A stretch of 64,000 bases of DNA, from the NCBI RefSeq assembly GCF_024521635.1, contig NW_026250417.1, forward strand, positions 310,001 through 374,000, read 5' to 3'. Origin of the DNA: Tricharina praecox. Taxonomy: Eukaryota. Of this stretch, positions 37,212-49,938 are shown in pieces. The position numbers were made by a program, and so were the translations under genes. The notes below the pieces were generated by a model. The model was not told where the DNA came from and did not search any database. It saw only the letters and a list, made by a program, of their open reading frames with translations. Position 1 is the first letter of the stretch, and each line of letters opens with the position of its first letter.

Positions 37212-38447
37212 GCATGCATCAAATTATTATTATTATAATGGGAGGTTATGGAAGATGATGGTTATGCTCCGCCGAGCATCATATTATTGCAATGGGAGGT
37301 TATGAAAGATGCTTATGCTCCGCTGAGCATCAAATGTTGCTGCAATGGCAGGTTATGGATTTGGTATTTTCACGTTTCGTTTTGTTCTTGTTTTTCGTTT
37401 TCGGCCGCGCAGCCGCTCTACAGCAGATGCTGCTCATTCATGTGTAAATTATTATAACATGGCGCAGTGTATTATAACTAGAATAACTAGACCTTAAATG
37501 TTTGTATGTATTTTAATCGATAATTTTTCATGGCAGTGGCAGTGTATCACTTGGATCCAAAAATAACCTCGATACCTATCACCGACGACCGTAGATTTTA
37601 CAGGTTGTATACTGTACGTATGCAGAGATCACCAGGGCTTATCTTCCACCCATTTCCGGCAAAGCGGGGTCGGTCACTTCGAAGTTCGATCACACAGGCA
37701 AAAGCAACAGCAACGGCAACAGCAATAGCCCTAATTGCTACCAAACAATGGGGGGGAGGGTGGGGGGATGGGAAAAAGGAAAAACAGTTATCGCAAGTCG
37801 AAGAAGAAGAAGAAAACAGACCAAGTAAGAAGGATTACACGCTCACAACTCAACTCAAAAGAAGAAGAAAGAGTTCGTAAAATAGCCATGCTAAAATACG
37901 AACCCCCGCCATCACCAACAAACACCGCCACACCACCACCACCACCACCACCACCACGCAAGCCGGAAACCCGATTTAACTGAACTGTGTGAAATGAAGA
38001 ATTGTAAAAAAGAAGAAACGGGCAGCAGTAGCAGCAACAGCGACGAAAAACAGAATAAGTGAGAAGAAAGGAAGCAAAAAAGCACATCTCCCCACAGCTA
38101 TCATCGGTTTATACGACCCCAACAACAACAACACAAACGACCAAGCCAACAATTCCAACCCTCCGTGTTTCCTCCCAGAACGCGTCGCGAAAATATTATA
38201 TCCCAAAATTTGCCCTGTCTTGTGAATTGACGACGGTCACGCAAGAAAACATTGAGTAGTCAGGAAAGTAAAACAAGGAAATGACATTACAGCAATTCCC
38301 CCATCTTCTTAACATCTTTCCAAGTGCCCCCTATAGATCATCCGTCTTCAATTAGAAAGGAAATGAAAGAACAGTCAAATCGTGTGGGAAAGGGTAAAAA
38401 GGTCGTCGTTCGGGTGAATGTAAGGAAGTTAGTTTTGGTGATGAAGC

Positions 38448-39914
38448 TTATTTCGCCTCCTCGGCAGCGGGAGCGGCGGGCGCATCCTCGGTCTTTGCCT
38501 CGGCAGGCTTCTCCTTGGGCTCCTCGACGTCGTTTCCGTCGCTTGAGGTCCAGAGGGTCAAGTTGTCGCGGAGCAACTGCATGATGAGGGTCGAATCCCG
38601 GTAGCTCTCTTCGCTGAGCGAATCGAGCTCGGCAATCGCGTCGTCGAAAGCCTGCTTGGCGAGGTGGCAAGCACGGTCGGGCGAGTTCAAGATCTCGTAG
38701 TAGAACACGGAGAAGTTAAGGGCCAGACCCAGGCGGATGGGGTGGGTGGGAGTCAACTCGGTCTGTGCAACGTCGGTGGCGTTCTAGCAAACAAAAACAA
38801 CGTTAGCTCAACTATCGATCCAGGAACTGGAAACCTGGAACGTCGCCACATACCTTGTAGGCCTCGTGGGCAGCCTGGGCAGCCTCCTTCCGCTTGTCGC
38901 CGTGGGCGAACTCGGCAAGGTAACGGTGGTAGTCACCCTTCCTATAATAATTGTCAGATGGTGGTTATCTTTTGAATGAGTGGCGAGTATGTATAACTCA
39001 CATCTTGTGATAGAACACCTTGGACTCGCCAGACTCAGCCTTGGGGATCAACGATTCGTCAAGGACGTTGAGAACATCCCCGCACACGTTCTCCAACTCA
39101 TCCTCGATCTTCTGGCGGTACTCGCGGATCTTGGTGATGTGCTTCTCGTTGTTTTTGGTCTCCTCCTTCTGCTCGATGCTGGAGATGATGCGCCACGAAG
39201 CACGTCGCGTTCCGACAACGTTCTTGTAGGCGACCGACAACAAGTTACGCTCGTCAACGGTGAGCTCTCCACCAAGCTATAAAAAAAACATCAGTCAACG
39301 CGTGTTCTCGAAGTTTCGTTTCCCCCCATGCTATCGCAAGCAATGGCAGGAAGCCGAACGCGCTAGGTCGAGCGTCCAATGGTAAGCATACCTTAGCAAC
39401 CTCCTGTTGAACGAATTAGCAATATGCTCCATCAAGGGGTAATAGCTATCAGCCAGCTAGCGCCGGGGAGGGGTGTCGCGTACCTTCATGTAGGTGACCA
39501 TCTCTATAACCATCAAGGAGAATCATCAGCAATCGGTATTCATCGTCGTAAGCAACCGCCAATCCACGAGGGCATCGCCAGTGGGTGGAAGGAGATAAGG
39601 TGCGAACGAACCATCGTAACGCTCAGCCTGCTCGCACAGTCTGGCGAGGAAAGTCTTGCTACACGGGAAGTTAGCATTCGGCGTCGAAAAGCCGACGGAT
39701 AAACTTTAAGAATACCTCTCGCGCTGTAAAAGGAGAGATTATAGTTAGCACAGATCGCAGGACCATTATCGACTGGGGGGTGGTGGTGATGTTTGTATTG
39801 CGCAGAGGAGGGGGTTGGGATTGTTTGGTCGATTTAGGGGGGAGGGGTTAAACAGCGACGATGGCACAACAAACAGACTGGGGGGGAGGGATATGGACGA
39901 ACCTCAGTAGTCAT
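38448..39914 (-). CDS. 14-3-3 protein (Bmh/Rad24 family)
   Basis: Eight exons giving [101 protein letters not shown]. Confidence 0.97.
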
Positions 39915-41647
39915 GTTGATGGATGGAGAATGTAGTATTTTATCGGAAGTGGTAGGTGGATAGGGATATGATGGAGGTTGTGGTGGTAGCTGATGGTGTT
40001 TGGTAGAGGAGATGGTGGTTTTGGTTGTGGATGTGTAGGTAGGTGGGGGAGGGGTGATGTCGGTGACAGAGGTGGAGATGGGAGATGGGAGACGGGGAAG
40101 CAGGTAGAAGTTGTTGCAGCGGCTAGACAGCGAGACAGCGAGACAGCGAGACAGCGAACGAGCGAGCGAGGGAGATATGTCTTGGCGGCAACGGAGGGGT
40201 TCCAGCGCTCGCTTTTGCGTTGGGGCAGAGGGGAGGGGGTCAATCAACAGCAAATCACACACGACAAGAAGAGTAACGAGAAGACGGCAGAAGACGGCAG
40301 AAGGTTACGGTGAACCGAAGCCAGAAGAGGAGGAGCTCGATAGGGATGTCTTCGGCATCAACTTCTCTATCGGCTTCCACTTTCATCTTCAGCCACTGGT
40401 GCATTACTATCATCATCATCACGGAAGTAGGTACTGTTCGTATGTATCTGCTGCATAACAACAGAAAAACGACACCATCATCTGTATCATCATCGTGCAG
40501 CCCAGCGCTTCCGTGGCAGTGCGCAGATGTTGCAGAGCCCCTCTTTCCTCCTTTGTCGGTCTGTACACACGACCCACCAACCAAGGCCATTTGACCGCAA
40601 ACACTGCCGTCGGCCCCCTCCCCGCCCGCACGCACCTGTTCCTGCGTCGCCAACCGGTCTGAGCAGAAACTACTGGGTAGAGTGCTCTTCCCTTCACTCG
40701 CTCTTGTACACATCGAGGAGTAATTCTTCTTCGAGTTACCAACTGCTCGGAAAGAAGGATATACAAAAGGGCAGAGTGAAAAACGAAATAAAATAGAGAT
40801 GCACTTCTATGCAACATACTCGCAGAGATAACGGTGGTCTAACTGTTCGAAGCGAACCTCTCGTCTGCTGGACATCGACCCTGTCACCCACTGCATAAAC
40901 CCCGCGGTTGCTGTTTGTCCAGGAGAAGGGGAGGAGCCGAAGGATGGAAGGGGCACGTGTGTCTAAGACATCTGCTATGACACTAGTAATATCTTCAACT
41001 CAACCACGACGACACATCTACGAAGAGGCAAGTTCGAACTCTTTCAATTTCATTATTCAAACAGCGAGTGAAATCGCAGCCGGGAAAACAAAACTGGGAC
41101 AAGAGAGCTTCCAAACAGGAAAAAAAAAGAAATGGAAAAAAGGAAAGGAAAAGATACTCCGTTCCGTCCGAGGGTTTTGTGCAAAAGAACTTCAAAAATC
41201 ATGATCAATCAACACCAACAAATGATGCGAATACAAGGGGGAATAACGATGAATCCAATACGACAATGGAGAAGTACTTGATACAAGAATCAGAAAGTCA
41301 CCGACATAGAGAACAGCAAGCAAAATAAGTGGCCACATGGGAGGAAAGCATGCAATGGAGCGAAAAAACGAGTGAGCGCAAGTGCTCCGACAATATCCAG
41401 GCCAGACAAGCAAGTTCGGAAGACAAGACCCCTACTCATACAAATCCTCAAAGAAGAATAATAATGCCGATAATAATACGAGCGATGATAAGTTGTAAAG
41501 GCATAGAGATGAACGAATAACATCGAATGAACAGCCGGGACATCCTGGTTATAGAATTCCCAAGGGAGAAAAAAAGCCACGCCACAACGTAAAAAAGATT
41601 TCCATGAACTCCGGACGGAAAGGGGAATGAGCTTGATCTGCGAAAGC

Positions 41648-42305
41648 TTAGTCCATGTAGAACTCGTTTCGGAGCAGCCGCTCCTGAAGAGGATCCGGGG
41701 CGGTCTCCTTGGGCGCGGGCATGGCGTGTGCTGGAGGTCCCGGCATGCTCTGTCGCCTTTGCTGGAAGGCGGGATCGATTGGGTAACCGCTGGCTTTGTT
41801 GTCAAGCCAGAAACCTAATGGCAAGGTCAGTTATCCGGCAAGCAAGAAGGGAGAGAGGAGACATACCTCGAGAGACAGTAGGTGAGGAAGCACTGGGACT
41901 CGGGGGGACTCTGGAAGATCCGGGAAGCCGCACATCTCGCAGAGCTCTAGCGCCCCAGCTCATCCGCCGGGCAAACGGGCTGCTGGGGCTACCGGAAGCC
42001 AGTTCGGTATCATCAATGGCACTCTCGTCCTGCGCCGAGGATATGGATGAAATCGAGGAAACGGACCCGCGTCTCAAGGAGAAGTTGCCGGGCCCTTGGG
42101 GGGGTGAGCCGTTGACGCTCGACATGCTCATCCGTCGCTGGGTATTGGCGTGTGCGGCAGCAGTGGTAATGGGTCCTGGATAGGCAGAGGGAGGCTGTGG
42201 TTGACGGTTGGATGACAGGAAGTCGGAAAGGCTGGACCCTGGGTTGAATGATCCCCGTCGATCGCGGATGTTGGAGCTCTCGTTGTTATTACCGTGGGAC
42301 GACAT
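41648..42305 (-). CDS. Small Ser-rich fungal protein of unknown function with many RRxS motifs
   Basis: ORF from 42305 (RRGS, RRMS, FARRMSWGARALRDVR); intron ~41815-41866 (GTATGT..CTGAC..TAG); last exon ends PDPLQERLLRNEFYMD*. Confidence 0.75.
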
Positions 42306-43056
42306 ATTTGTGATGTTTTCGGTGAGGGATGGGGTGAAGGATGGAGAGTTTCCTCGCTGGATTTACGAAGGGACTGGTAGAAGCGGTAAATGTGGAGAGG
42401 CCGTGAAGATGTGTGTACTGATGAGTGTGTATGGATTGCTTTTGGATTGATTCTGGCGATTCAGTTTCTTTTAAATTCTTTGTTTCTCTTATTCTTTGTT
42501 CAGCTACTTTGGTACCGTCAGCTGCCGTGATCCATCAAGGGTGGTATCTTCGGGAGGGGGAAGAAGAGAAGTCGGCCACGTACAATAATTGGCTTTAGTA
42601 GACGTTGGAATAAGGATGGGGGAAGAGAGACAATCGAGGGTGGTGGGGGAGCTTTATAGGCAGTGGATCCAGCTGCTGGCCACTGAGCGGGATACGATAG
42701 CCAGACAAGACAAGACAGCTCTCAGCGTCGCACTGCTTCTTCGCCGCTACACTTCCTGTGCCCACACACACACCGATCCACACACACATGCACACATGCA
42801 CTCCGTTCACTTGGCTGGTCACGCAGGTCACGACTGGGAGTTAGGCAGGGCGATGGAGGGGGGGAGGGTGGCCAGGGTTTTGAAACAGGACAGTCGGGCA
42901 GTTCTTTGGGTTAGACACGCTGGAGATCGTCGACGAACGACGACAACACTGCTGTTGTTGGAAGAGTGGCTTTTCCTTCCGCGGGGCCCGGGCGCGGCGG
43001 CATATCATCGTCATTATCATCACCACCACCACCACTACGAGCAACCACCACGAGCA

Positions 43057-43098
43057 ACCACCACCACCACCACCACCACCACCACCACCACCACCACC
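43057..43098. repeat. (CCA)n microsatellite
   Basis: Direct reading; a similar tract lies at ~9643-9676. Confidence 0.9.
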
Positions 43099-44727
43099 CA
43101 CCATCGCCAAACCATTCCACACTTAAGGCTTCACACCAGTGCGGCTGTCTCCACCAAAGTTGAAGCTAACGAAAGAACAAGCTTGCAGTGCACGACACTC
43201 CGCTTTACCCAGCCAATCAGGGCGAGAGTCACCGCGCAGTGCGACTGCGACGTCAAAAACTCAAGATGCGACATTAACCCTAAAGGGATCACCTGCTTAG
43301 GACGAACGACACGGGCATTGAGCTCGGACAATCCTGTCTGTCTCCGTCTCCGTCTGCCTCTGTCTGCGAGAATACCAACAGCGAGAAGAAGAAGAATAAC
43401 CTCACATCGCCAGTCATCAGCCTACCTCTCCTGATTTATGGCCCCAGAGTCCAACGCCCAGCGGCAAGCAAAGTGCTCTATCTCCGAGATCTCGGGAACT
43501 AAATTCTCCTGCGAGCATGGTCATGTACGGCCGTTTCAATCTCAATTCAATTCCATTCCTGACGATTCGTATGCTGCAAACTCGAAACTGCGGGATTGTC
43601 GAGGCGCGAGGACGAGGGGGTGAGACCCGGACGAGGGACGTAACTCCGAATGTCTGTAGCTGCTCCATAGTACTCTAGAGTAAGGCCATGTTTTACGCTT
43701 AGATATGTGCCCTTTCCCCGCATCTCACGCCCTCCTCCCTCCCTCCCCCCCTCCCCCCCACCACCGCGACGCAATGACGACCGACACACCGTTTGTGGAG
43801 CACGCACTCTATGGACTCAATCTTTTAACATGTGGCCTTACTTGTGACGGAGTGTGCACAATCCGTATCCGAAAAGAGAGAGAGGACTCTATTTATTCAC
43901 CTGCACTTCTCAGCACACTCACGACTCGCGACTCGCGAGTCAGGATATCACCGTTTTGCAGCGCAACGCACGCATGCGAATTCAAGGTGTAACTATTTCT
44001 CTCGGCTCTCGAGTCTTACCGCCCACAAGTAACACGGTAAACTGTGCGTTCGAAGCGGGGTCCGCAGCTCAACTCAATTCCAATTGCCTTCGCGCTGCAA
44101 CTCCAAACCCGCATCCAAATCCAAATCCACGGATACATGCGGTCTAGTTCTAGTCTGCAGCCCTCTCTCCATTAGCTGGTCTTTCCACCCTCCCCCCTCC
44201 CCCCCACCCTCCGCGCAACAAAACAAACGAGCCAATATGAAGAATCCGGCAATCCGTCAATCTAAAACCTCACGATCGGGTGGATAGGTCGGTACCCAAC
44301 TACATACTCTAACATTCTGACTTTCAAACGTTGCAAGCGATATCAAGCAATTGATTAACCACGATGGTACTCTAACCGCTAACTTTAGCTAACCAGTTAC
44401 GTCACGAATCTGTGACTTCGCTAGGTTGCTTGGGGAGGGTGCCGCATGCCGCTACGCTAGATGCGAGAGAGCAAGAGACCAAGAGAGTCTACCCGCCGTG
44501 GCCGACAACCGACTTCACCACCACCACCACCACCGCCACCACCGCGAGGTGCGAGTGGGTATAATACAAGTCGACCACGTCTCCTATTACTCTACTCTAG
44601 ATCTCACCTCCTTCTCGCTCGCTCTCTCGTCTTGTCATCCTCATTCCCTTCCTGCGCTGCGCTGCACTGGATTGGATCGGTTCCGCATGCATCTCGAGTC
44701 TCGAGCACACTCGGAAAAGGTCCGCCT

Positions 44728-44795
44728 CTTTTACTCTTTTACTCTTTTACTCTTTTACTCTTTTACTCTTTTACTCTTTTACTCTTTTACTCTTT
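44728..44795. repeat. (TTTTACTC)n octamer repeat, about 8 copies
   Basis: Direct reading. Confidence 0.9.
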
Positions 44796-46143
44796 TCATA
44801 CATACAACTGCCCACCGACCACCGATCCTCAATTGCGATCAGGAAAAAAAGCCGTCGCTTCACTTCAAAACATGCCCAGACCCAGACTCAACACTGGACA
44901 CGCGGTAGATAGGATGGGTGGTGGGATGGACACCGAACTTCGAAGGACCTGCCCTTCGTCATACATACCGTACCATGCCCGCCCCGCCCCGCCCCGCTGA
45001 TCGCATTCATGTAGGTAGAGTATGTACCGATTATCACTCGCTCGCCCCCATTTCCCCAGACTCGGGCTCGGGCGCGGACTAAGTACAAGCCGATCTCAAG
45101 AGTCAAGCCCCCCCTCCCCCCTCCTCCTTTCCCTAAACATCTACAAGCAACTTGCAAGCACGCGAGCCTCAAGCTCAAGATCTCGCATGCACCCCAATCC
45201 CCAAGCCGCCCAGGAATCATTCGTAGTGCAGTGCACATATGAAACAATTCTCGGTGCGGTGCCCGGCGTCCCCACAATCAAATTGCCGTGCCCGCCCTTT
45301 TCCACCCACCCCGCTGGAGTGGAAAAGGGCCGGAGTGGGCTGGAATGGAGATACATAACCCCACTCAAGTCAAGTAGTGGTGCAGGTGGTGGTGGTGCAG
45401 GTGGTGGTGATGCAGGTGGTGGTGGTGGTGTAGGTAGGTCACAACAAACGGTGGCGCTACTCTAGAGCTCTAGGGCTCTAGGGTATGCGTGTGTGTATGT
45501 GTGGGTGTATGTAGCTGCACAAGCAACAAGCAAGCAACAAGCAAGCAACAAGCAAGCAACAAGCAGCAGCAGCAAGCAGCAAGCAGCAAGCATGCACCGA
45601 CTGGCATGTGGTGGCGAGGTCATGTTGGGGGTGGATTGCGTATGGGGGGTGGTTTGCTTGCTAGAGGGGGGTGGTGATGGGGGCAGGAGGGAGTTGGGTA
45701 ACGATCAGATCGATCTCTGATTATTTTTTTCAAAAGTATCTACCGTGCAAACCAAAAGCTAGCAGATAAGATGTGATATATGATTTTATATTGCAACTGC
45801 CAGTTTGCCATGGCGCGGTAGGTAGCCTGTAGGTAAAGTATGAAGGGTGAGGAGAATGATGATGGTGAGGGTGATGCGCTGGTGGTTTGCACGAGAGAGA
45901 GGAGAGAGTTTCGGTCGTGATGAGAGAGAGGGACGAAAGAGAGGGACTGAGAGAGAGGGACACTGGGACAGAGTGGGGGTACATACACCTACAGAAAATA
46001 CTTGTCGGAGCGGGTGAGCGGGGCATGAATCTGCTCCACTGTCCACTGTCCAGTCCACTGTCCACAGCTCAAAACTCCTTTCTCATTTTCTCCTCACCTT
46101 TCTCCCCACTTCTCTCTCCCCTTTCAAAAACAAACAAAAAAAA

Positions 46144-46405
46144 GTATGTCCTCAAGACTATAGTCCATCGCGCCACCATCTTCGGCATTTTAATCGACAG
46201 TTCTGAAATCTCAGGTGATATCTCCCCACCATCCCCCTTCCCCCGCCGTCCGCGAAGGAGGAGGAGGAGGAAGAAGAGGAGGGGGGAAACGGGCGTATGT
46301 GTTTAGGTACGCCCTTTTATGTTTTCTCTTGCGGTATAATGAAAAACCAGTGATCTACACAGTCATGAAACTTGGACTGGTAGACGATCTGCAGGTCTCC
46401 GCGTA
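46144..46405 (-). ncRNA. Candidate multi-hairpin box H/ACA snoRNA
   Basis: Minus strand: 5' hairpin, ANANNA box (46324-46329), internal hairpins, second ANANNA (ATATCA, 46216-46221), 3' hairpin CCTGAGAT..GTCTTGAGG, ACA at 46147-46149, 3 nt, then a U-tract. No target identified. Confidence 0.5.
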
Positions 46406-46564
46406 TGTGGGGGATTGGGGGATGTGGGACGGGGGCCGGGGGATGATGGTTGGTGATGATGTTTAAAAGCTGTTATACATTATCGTACATACATGGTCGA
46501 AAAGAACTGAACTCCATATCCTTTTTTTTTGTACGCTACCTATACGTGAGATCGTGAACGTAAT

Positions 46565-49500
46565 TTACAGGACGACTCTGTCATCCGCAGGCACGGACTG
46601 CGACGGGTCGAGGCTGAGCGGGAAGACGTTCCACGCCTCATCGACCCAGTCCTTGTTTTCACCGAGCACCGCGATGGCCTCCTTGCCCGCCTGCTCGACG
46701 AGGTACGTCTGCGCAACTCTCCGGATATCGTCGACGGCGACGTCCAAAAGTTGTTCTCGACGGCTGCGTTGGACGTCAGTAACCAGTTAATCCCGCTGAT
46801 TGGGGAAACCTACGTCTGCCTCATTTCGTCCGTGATGCCGTCAAGGAAGTAGACCATTCCCTCCTCGCTCACAGAAGTGGGTGCGTCGACTCCCTGGAAG
46901 ACACTCAGTTTCGCCTCCTCGAGATCCCGCTCCGACCACCGTTTCTGCACGGCCCACTGCCCGGCAGTCTCCATGATCTTGAGCGTGTTGGCTACATTCG
47001 GGTCGCGGTACGAGTAGAACCCGAAGATTCCGCCAGCACCGCGGTGGAATGCACCACCGCCGTACGCTCCGCCTTTCTCGCGGATCTCGTGGTGCAGGTG
47101 TTTGTGCGTCAACAGCTGCGAGAGCATCTGTAGAGCAGCACCGTCCTTGTGCGTGTAAGGTACTGTCTTTACACACGAGGATGTGTAGGAGACTTGGTAC
47201 GGAAGAGGGAAGAAGGCCTTGGTTGGAGCTTCGAAGTCGAATAGGGGGCTGTCCCTGGTAGGAGTCTGGGCAATGGGGAGGCTCTCAATGAACTTCTGCA
47301 CCGCGGCCTCATTGTCAGAAACTGCTTCTGTGCCGCAGGTAACGGCTACTCGGAGCCCGTTCTGGCGGGCGGCGAACTCAGCGATTTTCTAATGCTGTTA
47401 GCAGTCCGACTTTATGTAGAAAGGCTCAAAGTTCATACCCGCAGCTTATCTAGGGCCTCGTTGTAGACCTCGTTAGCGGCCATGTTACTTATCAGCCTGA
47501 CCTGTGTCATACCGCCCATGACTTCAGTCGCCCTCTGCCGGCCATCAGTATACACCCTCCGTTAACACAGTACCATGGGGACATACGGCAGCAGGAGTGA
47601 GATGGGCAGCAGCAAATGTCCTGGCAAAGTTGTGTCCGCTCTCGGCCAAGCTGTTCACAAAGCCACTGGCAATTCCCTGGATAAGTGTCCTCAACTTCGA
47701 CACCGCATAGAAGTTGGTTTCGAGCAGGATTGTCCGCAACAGCTCGAGCATGTCCGGAACATTCTTGTCCAAGCAGTATCCCGAGAAGACCAGTCCTTCT
47801 TCCGTGATTTCGAGGTTGCTGTGGTTGGTGGAGACGTGTGTGCCCGCTTTGATACCGCCGGTCTTGAGCTTGATCATATCTTCGAGCTCTTCCATCGTTT
47901 TCTTCGGGGTTCCCAGCCTCAGGATTGCGTCGGTAAACAATGGCAGGTACATCCGCAGCTCCTCGGGAAGATCCTCCAGCGTGTTCACCGCTATTGTAAA
48001 TTTAGCACTGGTCTGTCGACAAGTCAGGAACAAAATCTACCTCTGAAGTAGGTCAGGCCGTTAGTGGGTGCTGTCCTCCATTGTACTGGAATGTTGCCAA
48101 TCTTTCCGTGTTGCAACGGCTTCTTTTCCATTTCCCGAGGAATATCTTCCACCTTCACGGTTGGCAAGCAGCTGAGGTCCTGGTTACGAGCATTCTCCTG
48201 GATTTCAAGGAGCTTGAGTTCCTGCTCGACCAGGCCGCCGCGGGCTGCGCTCTCGCCTCCGACCTTTTCGATTTCAGCGGCCAAGCGCGCAGCTTCCTCG
48301 TTGGTAAGTGATTTCCCGTAGCTCGGCTCCGGCTCCATCGTGAATGTAAGGGTGTTTGCGTCAAGCATGTACTTCTTCAGCAGCGACTCAAGGTATCCAC
48401 CCTTGGCGTACAGCTCCTTAAACTTGGAGACAGTCTCCTCCCAAGACAAGGCATCGAACGGATCCACTCCGTTGAACCAGGCAGGGGTGAGTCCTTGCAT
48501 CACAGACATGCCGAAGGTGGCCGTTTTCTAACCAAAGTCAGCTGGCTATTTGCCGAGTGTCGAATGACTATGGTGTACTGACGTGTTTGAGCGCAAGTTC
48601 AAGCTGGTGCAGAATGCCCTCGACCTTCTTCCCGTCGAAGCCCTTGTCGTGCACGCTCTGCAGGACCTCATGGATTTTCTCCTGAACAGTCTTCAGATCT
48701 TCTTTCCGGACGTTCTGCAGCCCCACGGAGAGTATACCCTTCTTGGAACTCGTGTCGTACCCAGTATTGGGGGAGAAGTCCGACCCGAGTTTCTCATCGA
48801 TCAGTCCTTGGTACAACGGCGAGCCGTATCCGTCAAGCAGGTAACTAGACATGATTCTCAGAGAAAAGCTCTCGACCGTATCGGCGGTCTCGTTCATTAT
48901 CCAGGAAACGGAGGTTTTGTGTTGGGCATTCTTGTCCGTCAAGGGATCGACTGGTCCTGGTACGGTGATGGTCTTGCTCTCATTCAGCGTGATGGGTTCC
49001 CGGAGGTCGCTGTCCACGTTTGCACGCTCGAACCCACTCAGCTTATCGTTGAGACGGCTCAGGTGCTCCTCAATGGGAGCATCTCCATAGGTAAATATTT
49101 TGGCATTTGACGGGTTGTAGTGGTCCCTGTGGAACTTGCGCAGTTGCTCCAGCGTCAGATCTGGGATCTTGTGAGGATCTCCACCACTGTTGTGCAGATC
49201 AGGGAAGATATGGTCCTGGAATCGTATGTAGTAGAGGTATGACGAATCCGACATTTGGCCCTTCATCTCATTGTAAACAACCCCCTTGAACAACAACGGC
49301 GAGTCAGCCTCAGCTGGATTCTCGGGGCCAATCCTCCAGCCCTCCTGCTTGAAGTCGCTCTCCAGTAACAGAGGCTTAAGGGTTGCGTCCATGTAGACAT
49401 CCATCAGGTTGTTGAAGTCGACCCTGTTGGTAGTAGCAAAGGGGTAGGTAGTGTGGTCGCCCGAGGTAAACGCGTTCATGAAGTTCGACAGACTGCGATT

Positions 49501-49938
49501 GAGCATCTTGAAGAACGGGTCGCGAACGGGATATCTGACAAACGGGTCAGCTCAGGGGGGCGAGCTGCCGCCAACAAACAAAACAATGAGTTCGCACTTC
49601 TCAGACCCACATAACGTGGTGTGTTCCAGGATATGCGGCACTCCGGTATCATCGTTGGGATTGGTCTTGAAGCCGATGGCGAAGACGTTGTTCTTGTCGT
49701 CCCTCGCCACGTGGATGTAGTCGGCCCCGGTCTTGTCGTGTTGGAGCTGGACGGCAGCCAGCTGCAGTTCGGGAACACTCTTGGCCCTCTGTACTGTGAA
49801 GCCATGGAGTTTATCACCGGGCTGGGGGAGCTGCTTCAGGTCGGTGAGGGCGGCATAGGATCGTTTGGGGATGCGGCAATGCAAGCCTCCTCGTTTGCCG
49901 ACCGCAAGTCGGGCGAAGGATAAGCCTCCTCGGAGCAT
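46565..49938 (-). CDS. CYM1: Mitochondrial presequence protease (pitrilysin family M16C)
   Basis: Arg-rich targeting peptide; inverted zincin HILEH (49621-49635) in [46 protein letters not shown]; several introns. Confidence 0.95.

Noticed and set aside
43275..43283. TAACCCTAA, identical to a filamentous-fungal telomerase RNA template
   Set aside because: No pseudoknot or P6.1-like element recognised nearby. It sits with CCAAT and GACGTCA motifs upstream of the 42305 gene, so a promoter telo-box or chance match is more likely.
42589..43434. 281-aa ORF with poly-His and poly-Thr
   Set aside because: TTG start, built on (CCA)n repeats in a probable promoter region; no domain.
44237..44320. 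Possible C/D snoRNA (ATGAAGA..CTGA) with partial 18S complementarity CAATCCGTCAATC
   Set aside because: Imperfect C box, no terminal stem, and the guide match has a mismatch and gives no methylation site I recognise. An Rfam/snoscan run would settle it.
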